This document shows positions 14,035 to 27,100 of a stretch of DNA of 64,000 nt, piece after piece. The position numbers were made by a program, and so were the translations under genes. Positions within the stretch are counted from its first letter, which is position 1. The number at the start of each line of letters is the position of its first letter. Below the pieces are notes generated by a model. It was not told where the DNA came from, did not search any database, and saw only the letters and a program-made list of their open reading frames with translations. Source of the stretch: Bigelowiella natans CCMP2755 (Eukaryota; Protista; Cercozoa); assembly GCA_000320545.1 (NCBI GenBank), contig ADNK01002591.1:1-64000 (forward strand), in the 5' to 3' direction.

Positions 14035-14659
14035 GTGAAAATATTAAACAACAATAGCAACTTTCTACACCATAAATTATTGTACGTCTGAATATCTGTG
14101 TACTGCTACTACGCACATATCATATATCATCCCTCCTTTCATCACCACCCCCCCTCCCTCAGAGAGGCAGCAGCTCCTACCAAGGTGACGACGGCCAGGG
14201 AGCAGAAGAGGACATAACGTCCTCTGAGGAGGATACAATGACGAAGAGCAAGAGACTTGCAGATCAAAGAGCAAGAGCTGAATCTAGGCGACTACGTGCG
14301 GAAAGAAGGGCCGAACGTAAATTGATGAGCTCCGAAGAAAAGCGATTATTAGCGCTTGAGGATAGAAAAAAGGAAAAGAAGGATGGAGGCAAAAATAATA
14401 CGAAATCATCTCGAAAAAGCAAGAGCAACCAGACAACACAAGGCAATTCTAGAGAGAACACACAACGGTACCCTCTCCCCCCGAACCCTCTCCCACCCTT
14501 CTCTCTCTATCTCTATCTCTCCCTCTCTCTCATTGTGTGTGTGTGTGTGTGTGTGTATGGTGTGATTGACACCGGTGGAAGTTATGACGACGTTCATTAT
14601 TCGCCTTATGTTCCTTTCATCAGCATCATCAACATCATAAGGAGAAGAAGAAGAAAACA

Positions 14660-14711
<52 letters not shown>

Positions 14712-15392
14712 ATCACATGCTGCATTTCTTACACATTGCTTCTTCTTTGTCACAGCAAACGACCACGAGCCCCATCCAATAGGAGACAACAAGAGCGGGA
14801 GCAGGGTGACGACGGCGAGGTAGAGCGACTTCCAAGGGAGATCAAAGGGACACCCGGTACAGACCAGCCATATCCAAAGTGCTCGCTGTCAAAGGTTTGC
14901 TCTTATTCAAAGGAGGAGGAGGAAGAAGAATTGAAAAAAGGAGGAGGAGGGGGTGGTTGGACCAAGGGGATTTCTCGCCAGTGATTTAATTGTTCTACGA
15001 TGGGAGAAAGGGAGGGGGGGGGGGGAGCGGGGGAAGGAAAATAATAATGATTATGGTCGTCGTCACGATAGCATATCTCACAATCATCACCAGATATGGT
15101 CAACAACCCCATCAATCAATCACCATCGATATAGTAGTAGTAGCAATCATACCCTGCTGCTTCTGCCTCTGCTGCTGCTGCTGCCAGAGATAATAATAAT
15201 TACGATGGTAATGATGAGAAACGATGATGCTGATGATGATTCAATGTCAAGCTTTGATGACATCCATTCATTCTTCCTTGCATCATCAGGTCGAACCGGG
15301 TGAAAGAATTTATGCACCATTCACGGTTGGTTGGTCATCACCAGAATTAAGAACAAGGAGAAGAAGAAGAAGAAGAAGCAAATGGGATGATA

Positions 15393-15425
<33 letters not shown>

Positions 15426-16972
15426 GTGAAACAGGAAGGGGTGGGAGGAGGAGGATTCTTTCGCCTAATGAATGAGTAATCCCATCAACTCGTCTTTAGG
15501 ATGATGATGAGAAAGCTTCTGGTGATGAAAATAGCGGTAGAGCAGAAGGAGAGGATGGGGCTGCTGGTGGAAAGGTTTGGCGACTTGGAACGGTAATATG
15601 AGCCACAACTATCTAGCCCCTTCCTTCTTCTTCTTCCCCTCTTACTTACTTACTTTGTCAAAATTATTGTCAGGTGCTAGGACGAAAGATTGTTCTCCAA
15701 GAAGGCCAGGTTGGGAGGGACAACAGGGATAATAATATATATATATATATATATATATATTAATATTAATAATATATAATATGTAATAGCAACAAGAAGA
15801 AGAACAACAACAACAACAACGCCACCACGAATGAGAGATATTCAATGGAATTACACACACACACACAAACATACATACATACATACATACAAAATAACAC
15901 CCAAACTTATCCAAATTCCCACGTTAATTCTTCTTCTTCGTCTTCTTCTTCTTCGTCTACTCTTACAGAAACCAAAGAAGGTCGTTCTGTTCAAATCGTG
16001 CAAGGACAACAAGATCATCGAGGTACTACTACTACTACTACTACTAGCAATAGCAGTAGTAGTAGTAGTAGTAATAGTAGTAGTGGTGGTGATGCTATCA
16101 TTAATACTCGTCGATCTACCGGAATGATTGTATACGACTAGATTTAATTCATATTTCTCTTTCTCTTCTTCACTTTCTTCTTCTTCTTCTTCTTCTTCTG
16201 TTGTATTGTGACTACTACTACAACTACAACTACTACTACGATGTCACGTGCTGCTGCTGCTTCGATTGCAAGATTCTGGAGGATGATAAAGACGGAAAAG
16301 AAGGAGAGAATCAAGAGTTTCTGAGCCCGATTAACAAAAAAGGTTGCTCTGAACAACATCCATCAACTCTCCCTTTTTTGTCGCGCATTGTTTGTTTCCC
16401 GTGTGTGGGTGAGTAGTCGTGTGGTGATGAGAGAGTGCACGTGATCATGTGACACATAATAATAGTGTGATAATAATGATAATAATAATAAGAAGAGTCA
16501 GAACAACGAGGGGGTTTGTGCTGGTGGTGGTGGTGGTGGTGCTGCTGCTGCTGCTTCATGATTGGAGGGAAAAGATTGATGTGTTGCGTTGATGGAAAGG
16601 AGGAGGCGGCTCATCTACAAAACAGTCGAGATCAAAGAGGCAAGTTTACCATTTAATGTGTGCGGCTATGTGTTCATGAAGCTCTCATCTAACAATACGT
16701 CACCTCACGTCGCCATCCCACAGGATACGAAGAAGTGCTGCTAGCATGGAAGTGGAAGAGGGGGAGGAAGAACGAAACCAGGAAGGAAAAGGAGAGGGAG
16801 GAGGAGGAGGAGGAGGAAAAGTCTCTGATTCAGCAACGTCCCAGAAAGATGATTTGCTGGCATCGGAAGTGAATGACGAAGACTTTAATGGGTAGACGAC
16901 GTATAGATTGGATAGAGAGAGAGAGAGAGAGAGGAGAGATACACAAATAGTTTTCTCTCTCGCGCACACACT

Positions 16973-17010
<38 letters not shown>

Positions 17011-17324
17011 CAGGTACGTGGTGGAGAAACTCTACGTCGTCGAATCGGCTGATGGAACGATAAAGAGGTAATGTAGTAGGAGCCAGAACCATACCTGAAT
17101 TACAGAAAAATGGAGAGGGAAGTCCGGTAGGTCGAATCCAACTCGACCGCAACATCTTTCATTATAATGATTGCAAATTACTTCCTTTACTATCTTATCA
17201 TCATGCAGATATACGGAGTCGGAGATCCGAAATATTGTTCAAGAGGGTGATGGTGGGCCTGATGACGGATGATGAGGACGAAAATACAAAGAAGATGTTG
17301 ATGGCGGCGGTAGGTAAAACCTGA
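7149..17324 (+). CDS. MORC-family GHKL ATPase, many short exons; the 3' half (after about 11.9 kb) is uncertain and could be a second gene
   Basis: GHKL motifs AFAELVDNAKDA, IKDDGKGM and IGEYGAGFKSGSMKLG; MORC S5-fold segments SLREYLGFVY, GCVWLVNGRAV and LELTQNKD. Later exons give a Cys cluster (TFVCPVC), a charged coiled-coil (14238-14440) and a Tudor-like fragment (VEPGERIYAP). Confidence 0.85.
9462..9975. repeat. Long imperfect inverted repeat (about 133-bp arms, about 90% identical) inside the MORC gene
   Basis: 9462-9595 is the reverse complement of about 9843-9975 with roughly 13 mismatches by eye. The loop holds (CA)n(GA)n facing (TC)n(TG)n, which are also complementary. Confidence 0.9.
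12682..13166. repeat. Minisatellite, 9 copies of a 53-bp unit (one 56 bp), probably intronic
   Basis: Core GTAGCAACAAATCAGCAACGGAGTAGCTATTAG recurs with its CAACAAATC at 12711, 12764, 12817, 12870, 12923, 12976, 13029, 13085 and 13138, separated by (TAG)n(TTG)n linkers. Confidence 0.95.
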
Positions 17325-18196
17325 GGCATTTGATTTATTTATAATATCTGTGTCCTGCGTATGTAATAAGACGGATGTAATCAATCAATTAAATTTGTTC
17401 AATGGTTATATCCTCATGTAGCTGCAATGCAGCGGCTACAGCGCTAATGTCTAGTAGACATTGATACATATTCACGATCTTGTGCAAGCTAGCATGATGG
17501 CAGTTCAACTCAGCAATGGAACTCTGATCTGCTTCTTACGTGCTACCAATGAACGAAATCGTACATCTTGTCATTTGTGACGCGCTTGATAAATTTACTA
17601 TTGTTAGCTAGCGTGGCTGATTCATTAGTGTTAGCTAGCTAGTGACATACCCATGTGCACGCTCGCTCATGTGGCTGTTGATGATTGCTGCTGCTGCGCT
17701 CATCACGCGGTCTAGCTGCACTTATATTCTGCGAACACCTCGCGAAAACTACTGTACAACTCATGTCCGTTTCACAATACTGATGATGATGGACATGTAA
17801 TATCATATATAAATGTAGTATGTGTGCTATTACTGTGTCTATAATTTTCGGCAGAATGTCTGCTAGCTAGATGTACGCCATGAAATCTAGCAGCGTGCAG
17901 CTGCCATGTGTTATTCCGTTATTATCATTATTATTTGCAGTAGGTATGTAGAGGTAAGTGCGCGTATACGCGTAATAATGCTCTGTCTAGCTGTGCGCAT
18001 TGCAGTAAGTGCGTGTGGGCTTCAATGCAGGCGAAATAAGTTGTTTGTTGGATAACATATTCTTACAAGTTCGTGTCAACCTCAAAACATAAATACGGGA
18101 GACATCATTTGTTCGTCCGGGTTAAGGGATGAGGAGATGAGGGACAATTTACTACGGAATTGGGGATGGAATGAATGAATGTTACTGGGGTCGTGA

Positions 18197-21100
18197 TTAC
18201 TCAATTGAGCAGAGCATAGCTACACCCATCTTGACCCAGTAGTTCGGATCGGCCCTAGGGTCTTTCCTTTTCCTCCTCTTCTTTTCCTCTGACGGAATCC
18301 TAATCTTCGGTGTGTAGATGAAGTTGAGGTCTGTGCGGCGCTTCTTGGTGTAGACTGGGCAATCGTACCACAAGCCCTTTGCGTACCTCTTATTTGCTTC
18401 TTCTTCAAGCAGCGCTGAGACGTGGATAACTGGCATTTCCACGAACAGGTCACCAGGTTTCGGGTTGGAGAGCCACTTGTTGTCGTGGTCCCAAAGCGCC
18501 CCTTCTAAGAAGAGACCGTAGACGTAGACGCCCTCTGGAATCTCCTTTCCTTCCCATCCTGGACTGCCTTGCTTGTGTTTGTCCGGGTTCGTGCAGGCAA
18601 GTACCCTCGTGAAGGGTACCACCTCGTCCAGAGCCCAGTTTTGCTTTGCATGTCGACGAGTGACCTCCTGCCTCATGGCTGTCAGGAATCCCTGAGGGTT
18701 AAAAAACCCGGTCAGCCAGTAAACGTTTGGTCTCATCGTCGTGAGCCAGTCCATAAGCTGCTTGTGGCGCTTCAACAAGCCAGCAAACCACGAAGGCAAC
18801 GAAGGAACCGTCCATGCAATCTCCACACCACCGGCATCAACGTACCAGTGTGTCGGTGGCTTTCCGTCGTACATCGCATCGACTGTCGAGGAAAGCTGTG
18901 GTGTCATGATGATTTCACCCTTAATTGCAAATCCTACATCGCGAAGAGTGGTTCTGACGATGTGTAGAATCTTGATTAGTCGCTCGATCTCCTGGAATAG
19001 GAATACGTTGAGCGGAATCTCAATACCAGCCACCTTCCTCTCTGGGTTGAAGCCATCGGCTAATGTCCACTCGATCTCCTTTGCCTTTGGTCGCTTCATG
19101 ATATACTGACGAACTTCATCCATCTTCATACTTTCAGGAACCTTCTCAAGCAGCTCCTCTGCAAGCTCAGAGACTATTTGCTGCGGAGTCTTCCCGCCAT
19201 CACCACTAGCCTCTCTCGGCCGCGTGGTCTGGATGAGGTCAAGCATGCGTGTTGCTTCTGTCTTTCCGAGGGTAAGATCAGCGTTGGAGTGAAGTCCAAA
19301 CAAAGAAGGTGTGTCGTTGTCGGGCACCTCGTCGATGTAGTCGAGGAATACATCAATAGTCTCACTTTTCGGAATCTTGTATTCGAATTTCTTGCCCCCG
19401 CCTAAGTTTGCTGGGTCGCAAAATTGGAAATCGTCCTTAAACACAGTAGGGGAGAGCCAAAACAACCCAAAGGTGTTGAACAACCTGCGGTCAAAGTCGT
19501 CCGTGATACGACCACCGTACTGCACCTCGCAAATCATGTACTGGATGGTATTCCACGAGATGCCTCCCATCCCGGTTTCGTAGAAGTGCTTTTCTAGGAA
19601 CATGAGGGACGCCTCGAGGTCTGACTGATTGAACTCGTATTTAATGCACCAGCCGATAGGGCCGAACTTTCTTCTCTCCTGAACCACCGAGTGCAAGAAG
19701 CATAAGGAGAACACAAGGTCTCGCCAGCTCACTTCGGGCACACGCCCAAGCCTTTCCTCATCAACGACCTCAGAATACGATCTAAGGAGACCGGCCTTAA
19801 GTCCCTTTGGAGGTTCCATGGTCATCTTGATTGATGTCTGCAGCAACGAGATAGGGAACTTGGGGTGAGCCTCGCAAGTAATCCAGAGACGGAAGTTCTC
19901 GTGGCACTTGAATGGAGGTTTCTCGTTCTTCTTTTTCTTCTTCTTCTTGTCAGCCTTCTTCTCATCGCCGGTACCTTTCTTGCTATTTTCAGCAGCCCGC
20001 GTCGCAGCGTCCTCTTCTTTCTTCTGTTCAATGTAGTCCGTAAGACTGTTCATGTAACCAAGACCCAGGTGGCAATTGTTGAGGAGCGCCCAACCGCCTT
20101 CCACCATCGCGTTGTCGATGGCCATTTTGGCGAATTTCTCTTGGCCCTCGCCCATGGAGACAGTGTATTGGTCGACTTGTGCGTTAACGGTCTTGGCTAG
20201 AGCCTTAATCTGTCCGGTAGGATCTGCACCGGGAGTGAGCAGCAGGATGTTAGGTGTCCACTTGCCCGATCCAACAGCGCTGTACGTATTGCTTACGTTG
20301 CAAATGAGGGGCTTGATATACTTGGCACCAAGGATGGCACCGACAAAGATGTCAGCAGCACGACTCACACGATCATCCCTGAACGCGCGAATTAGAAGAA
20401 GGCGCATGAGAGGACCAGAAGGATCTGTGGCTAAGCGCTCCTCGAAGCTGGGAATCTCGAGCTCCTCCGGGTTCAAACTGTCGAACCACTTCTTCCATTC
20501 TGATTCATTGGAACGGATCTTGTTGATAAGATCGTTGAAGAACGGCGGCGTCTTACTGAGATTAACCACATTCTTCCATGTGTTTCCAATGGTTCCACCG
20601 TCTATCCCGGAGAATTTGTGCTTCGGACAATCAGCGTTGGTCAGAGCCATTCCGGCCTTGAACAGAAGATCGAGCATTTGGGTTGATATAGTGTCCTTGC
20701 GCTCAACCTCGAGAATCTTGAGCGTGAGCAACAGCTTGAAAGTTAGCTTGTGCATTACGAACAGGCCACGGTCCAATGCGACGTAGCTATTGTAGGTTAT
20801 GTTGTCGATGAGGATGTCAATTCGCTGCTTAGCGTCAGCAGGCTCTTCAGAGTTCTTGAGGGTGTAGAAGAACCACACCAAGAACTGAGCGAGAGAGTTT
20901 TGGTACATCGGGTTGAAGCTGGTGGTGTCAACCAACGTGAAATATACAATAGATCCACGACAAGCGACAGGGCGGTACAGCTCCCGCTTCTCGGATATTG
21001 TCTTCTGCGTCTGGGTAGAGGCAATGATTTGTTCGTTAACTTCCTTAGCTTTGGCCTTAGTCTTACGCAAGACGCGAATTAGCTCCACGTCATCAAGCAA

Positions 21101-24100
21101 GTTACCCTTTGAGTTAGCGAGCTTTTCTAGGAGCGTCTTATCGAGGCTCTGCAGCATGACAGTGGCCGTGTTAACGCCGTCGATGAGCTGCTGTCGCTTA
21201 ATTTCAAGTTGTGGCTGCTCATTTTGAATTACGAACGATAGAAGCTGGTCCTCTAGACCCTCTCGCGTGACCGAGAAATCGATCACCGTTGTCTGAGCGG
21301 AAAGCTCAGGGGAGAAAAGAGGGTTCGCCACCTTCGTCAACAAGAACATCTTAAAGTCGAGGGAGTATTCCATTTCCTCACCATCGATCTTGACGATCCA
21401 TTTGTTGCGTCCACGCCCCTTGGAAATCTTCTTCTGCAAAATGGGGTCGAATAGAGGCACGAGATTGTCTACAATACCCTCTACGAGCAGCGTTTTACCG
21501 TTCTCAATGCAGAATTTCGCGATTTCACCTAACTTGCGATGGCCAATGGTTGTGGTTCCCTGGTATGGGAAGTTCTCAGCCTCACGATTCTTGAGCCATG
21601 ACAGTGCTTGTCCTTGAGGGTCGATCAGAAGAGGGAATCTCACGAGGAGAGGATCCGTAGCTTCTCTCGTTTTAGGATCTCTCTTGGGAGATGCCTCAAC
21701 CACCAAAATACCGTTCTGAACGGAGAGCTGGTCTTTTGGAAGTGTCTGTGAGTTCCAGGTCGCAATGGTAGCCTCATCTACGAGTAGTTGGGTCACGTCG
21801 ATGTTCTTGTTGATGGGGATACCCAAGTCGATGCAACCCTGGTAGAAATCCTCTTTGATGAGCTTGTTTCTGAATGTGAAGTTGAACGGACCGCAGTAGG
21901 ATACGAACGCACATGCAAGGGCCATATCTCCTAGGAGCTTTTTCTTGTCCTCAGCGAATTGCCTGCAGCTCTCGCTCCAACGTATCTTTTCTCCTCCTAG
22001 AGACTCGATGAGTTTCGTTGCTTCGTCCATCTTTGTCATAAGCAATTCCTGGTTCTCCTCCAGAGCTTTCTTCTTAGCGTTAGCCTCATCGAGTTTCTTC
22101 TGCAGCTCTGCGACGAGCGCTTGGGCCTTGTTGACAGAGTCAGTCGCGGCTTTGAGTTTCTTGTTGGCAATGTCAAGCTCTGCCTGCTTGATTGCCAGGG
22201 CCTTTTGCAACGGCTTGGCTACAAGGGAAGCAATGTGGTACTGATACATCGCTCGCACGAACATAAGAAGACCTTCTGCAGCCCCCGAGGCTTTTTTCGC
22301 GTACTCGGGCAAGAAACCAGGGAACAAGTAGTAAGGTTCTAGCAACTCCATTGTTTCCTCATTAATCTGATCCTTCTTAACTTTGGCGAATCCAATTACA
22401 TCGTTACAGAAACTACCACTAGACATGAGCTTCTTGGAAAGATCCCAAGAAGGAGTAAAGAACTTGAGGAAAGTTTCAGCTCCACCGTGATTGTAGGTCT
22501 TGGCCTCGGCGTTAGTGTCGACTTTTTCAACCAACGGCGCGTAGAAGAGAATATCAATGCAGTCCATAATACGCTGGATAATCTCAGGTGGCTTGGCGAG
22601 GGCCATAATACTTCTAATATCATCAGGCTTAACTTTTGCGGCAGCTCTCTCTGCAGCCCTAACGAACGGCATCGCAGCTTCTAGGAGCTTGTTCGCTGCC
22701 TTCTTTTCTTTTTCAATACCTTGGGCTGTGGCATTCGCAGAGTCCTGGACCTCAGCAGCTGCAGCCATTTTAACATCAGCCTTCTTCTGACCTTCATTGA
22801 CACGTCTAACGACCTCTTCCGTCTCTCGCTTAGCTTGAGCGACCTCCTTTCCTTTTACAGCAAGCTCCTTCTTAAGTCCTTCTACGGACGTCTCAGCCTC
22901 TGCGAGTTTCTCCAGACCCAGGGTCACATCTGACTCTTTCTTTGAGATCTCCTTCAGTTTTTCCATGTACTTGGCTTTATAGAACATGATGAAGGACAGA
23001 TACGACTTGGGTGTGACGAATACGCGGCGACGGAACTGGTCGTAGTAATCGTTGCATGAATCGGTGATGAGGTTGTGCACGTTGGCGATAAACGTTGCAA
23101 CCTTGAGGTCCATTCCTTCGGAAGCCTCCATCTTGAATCCCTTCTGCTCTCCTGCGATGAACTTGTTGGACACGTCCTTGAGAGCATCCATAGGCCAGGG
23201 CAGGAACCAGTCGATGTTGGTACAGTTGATAAGACCTGGGAACTTGCGCGCCCTCTCTGCAAACTTTGTATTGGCGGGAGAGAAAGCCAAGACAATGTGA
23301 AGATTGTCCCGAATTCTGTCAATGAAGAACTTATACAAGTTGTCCGCCGTGTCGTCGAACGCGTTTCCGTACTTCTCCTTCGCGGCGTCTCGGAGATCGC
23401 CCGACATCGCGTCTCGCTCATCCTTGGGGATGAGACCAGGAATTTCTCCGGTGGCAAGGATCATGTTGATGTATTCCAAAAACTCTTCAAAGATTACATC
23501 GAAATCCGCGAAGATCCATGTGAATGAGCGGCCCTCCTTTCCAACCTTCATGTAAAGGTCATGGATATCTTCCTTAAACTTATCAACCTTGTAGTTCTTG
23601 ACAACCTCAATTTGGAACACTTCTTGGCGCTGCACGAAAGCTGCGAGCTTTGTGAGAGATTGTCTACCTGAACCTCCCACACCTACGAGAAGTGCAGATC
23701 CCATCGGCGTACCGATGATTCTCGAGATTCGCATCATGTGCTCCATAGCGTCTGTAAAGAGCACAAGGTCCATTCGTGCACGATAAACCTTTCCAGGGCC
23801 TTCGACGGAGGAATCATTGTACTGGCCGAGGAAATGTTCCACGCGCGCGCGGATGTCGAGATCATCGGGTACAATCTCGTAGCACCTTTCCGCGAGCTCA
23901 GCAATTTCGTCTGTTTCTGGGTCGATTACATCGTCACGGAGGAAGGATACGAAGTATGGTGGGCGCTCAGCTTCCTTGAATTTCTTGTGGTAATCCTCGC
24001 CGAACCATTTCTTAGTCTGAACGAGAGACTCTTTGTAAAACCACTGCTTGTCCTTTATCTCGACGAGCTTGTCGCACAATACACGCTCGCACTCGTGCTT

Positions 24101-27100
24101 CCACAGCGTCACAACAGTATCCTTTTCGTTGGTCACTGCCTGATCTTCGCGGTCCAAGGCAGGAGATTGGAGCATGCCTCCGAAGATACGAGAAAGGTCG
24201 CGCAGGTTGAAGATGTAATGGAACTTCGCGGGTGTCGGAAGCATCTTTGCCTTACACATGTTCCACAGCTCGATAGTGGCTTTGGTAACGACATCAGTCA
24301 TCTCAGCCAACTCTTTGAGCTCTTGAAATTTATAATTCTCTCGCATCATCGTACCGTAGATTGTGTTGACTGTGCTCTGTTCGGGGGGTGTGACGTTGAA
24401 CACATACAAGTGGCGTTTGCATCGATCTGGAATGTCATTGCGTCCTCCTCCCGGATGGGTCATGGCTGCGATGTACTGTACTTTCGTAACCTGCATCATA
24501 CGGCCACGTAGGTCCTTGTCCAAGAAGTAGAACCCGCCTTGTTCAAGCGCCTGACGCACAATTTCCAGGGTTGGCTGGTCACCCCATATGTTGACCTCAG
24601 GCATCGAAAGGTCGTCGAGGAACACCATCATAGGACGTCCATCACGAGGGTGGAAGATTAGGTTGGATTTCTTCTCAAGGTCGGCCTCCATCTGCGACTG
24701 GAACATACCTGGTAGCGTAGCGAAGGAGAAGTTTGCCTTCTTGAAGATCAGACGTGGGTCCTCCTTCATCAACGATTCGCAGTATTGCTGCACGATCGAG
24801 GTTTTAGCCGTACCGGGAGACCCGATTACAAGCGAAGGTCGGTTTATTTTTTTCTTCATGATGTCGAAAAGGAAGAAAGATCGTGCGGTTTCCACAGTTG
24901 GAACCAAACAGGTGGAGAAGTTGAAGGATTTTCCCGGGAACTTCCATTCTTCCGACTTCCATTGTTGCCACTGAAGGTAGTTCTCTGCTTCAGGATCCTG
25001 CTGCACGAAGAAGTCGTATGTGGTAAGTGGCTCCTTGCAATCAGGCAAGTTCTTTCCGCCAGACCATTTCTTCATGCGCTGGTGAAGCTTAGCGCGGTCG
25101 TCACTCTCCAGCAGGGCACCGAGGGACCAGAAGAACGAGTACAAGAACAGCTTTTCGTACGCCTCCTCTGGATAAGTTTCATCGTTGTCCTTGGACATCA
25201 GCATACCCTTCATCAGGCACAGAAGGTTTGTGATCATATGGACGTCCATAACGGGCATCATGGATGTTGTATGCCTCCTGAGCCACCTGAGGGAGCTCTC
25301 GGTAATATACTTATCGCATAAACCTTTGATGATCTTGCTTTCCTCCTCATTGAGCTTCTCCCTTTCCATCAGCCATGCTTCGACAACTGGAATGTATCCC
25401 AAGTCCTCACTCGAGACATAGACAATTCCAGCTCGTGACACCGTTGCGGGAGAGGCGTTGCGAAGATCACGAGGCTCGAATAAGATACGGCAATTTTCGT
25501 GCATCGGCACACGGTCACCATTCGCAAGCGTGAGTAGCTTGTTGTCATCCAGGACAGTATTGAGATTTTCGATCCAAATAGAGTCGACAGGGCCGTCACA
25601 CACAATCCAGGTCCTCTTGGTAGTGGTAGGCTTGTTTGCCTCGAACCAGATCGCAGAGAAGACACCGTCAGTCCACTCACCAGAAAGAAGGTCGTTCTCT
25701 CCGAACATCTCCGGAGCGCGAAGAGCTTTCGGGTTCATGCGGATCTCCTCACACTTCGGAGTACCTTCGTTTGCGGCTATGGCAGATAGGGCCTCTAGGA
25801 GTACGCGGGTAGCTTCAGTTTTTCCTCCTCCTGCAGGACCGACCATCATCAAACCGTGGCGGACAAGCGAGGTCTCGTAGAGCTGAATAGCTTTCTTCTT
25901 CCAAGAGGGGTAATAGACCAGACCCATCTCTTCGCATGCGTCTTTCATCTTGTTCTCGAGTTCTGGCCATTCCTTAACCGCAGGATCACCCTGGTTAGGG
26001 AACAAGTCATGAAGTAGCGAGATAAAGAGGCCGACGTCATCAGCAACCAGCTTCGCAAGGTTCATATCACGAAGGGTTCGCATCATAAGCATCTCCTCGA
26101 GGTCGTATCGGTCCTTGATGTCGCCCTTCTTGAGAGCTTCACGAAGATTCGTACCAGCTGTACGCAAGACGGAAATGATGTTACGAAGACCGAAGTCGTA
26201 GTGGCGCTGTGCTGAGAGCTGCTCCTCACACAAACGGTAAAGGATACGGAACTTCTGTGCCAATTTATCGTAGCTTTGGTAGCCCTGAGCTGCGAGGAAA
26301 ACACGGATAATGATCTCACGATCAGGAACCATCATCGCTACACTACGGAAGAGGGCCTTGAGGTTCTCAGGAAGCTCCTGACGGCCAGCGTAACCAGGAT
26401 TCATGGTGATGAAAAAGCCCAGACGCGGATCTACACCGACATCGCCGTCAGTTCCGGGGAATTTGAACTTAGGTTTACGCTCTCGGAGAGCGTTCATGAT
26501 AGCCTCCACCTGCTGTGCAACGACGGATAGGACCTCGAGCTCAATACGGTTGAACTCATCGAAGCATCCCCAGGAGCCGGACTGGCAAAGACCTTTATAA
26601 AGCTTAGCCGTATCGGCTGTGTGCATCTGATCGGAACAGTTGAACACAACGCACCACTTGCCCAATGCACGCGCAAGGTCCTTGGTGGTCTCGGTCTTTC
26701 CGGTACCAGCAGGTCCTGCAGGAGCGCCTCCGTAGCACATACCGAGAGCCTGTGTGAGTGAGATGTAGCATCGATCCGTAAGAGGTGTGATCACGAGCCG
26801 TCCGACGCACCCGATGTACTCGTAGCAGTATGCGAAGTCAACGTTGGCAACCTGGATGTGACACTCGTCTTCCTCTACATTCCAGTAGCAACGTAGCTGT
26901 CGCTGCCAGGCGAAGTCGTTGATGTTTTGTAGCTTCTCGTCGCCCTTCTTCTCTGTGGCTTCGAGAAGCTCATCGAGCACGTCGACCTGGTGGACCTGGA
27001 TGGTGACCATGGTCTCTATCTTGACGCGGTCCATCTTCTTTGCAATTTCCTGGGTGACGAGCTTGGTAAGCGACTCAAGGATACCACGCTGCTTAACACC

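Noticed and set aside
7149-17324. MORC as the effector of the TpA hypermutation
   Set aside because: MORC proteins act in TE silencing, but I see no deaminase or base-modifying domain here, and proximity in a eukaryotic genome is not evidence of a link.
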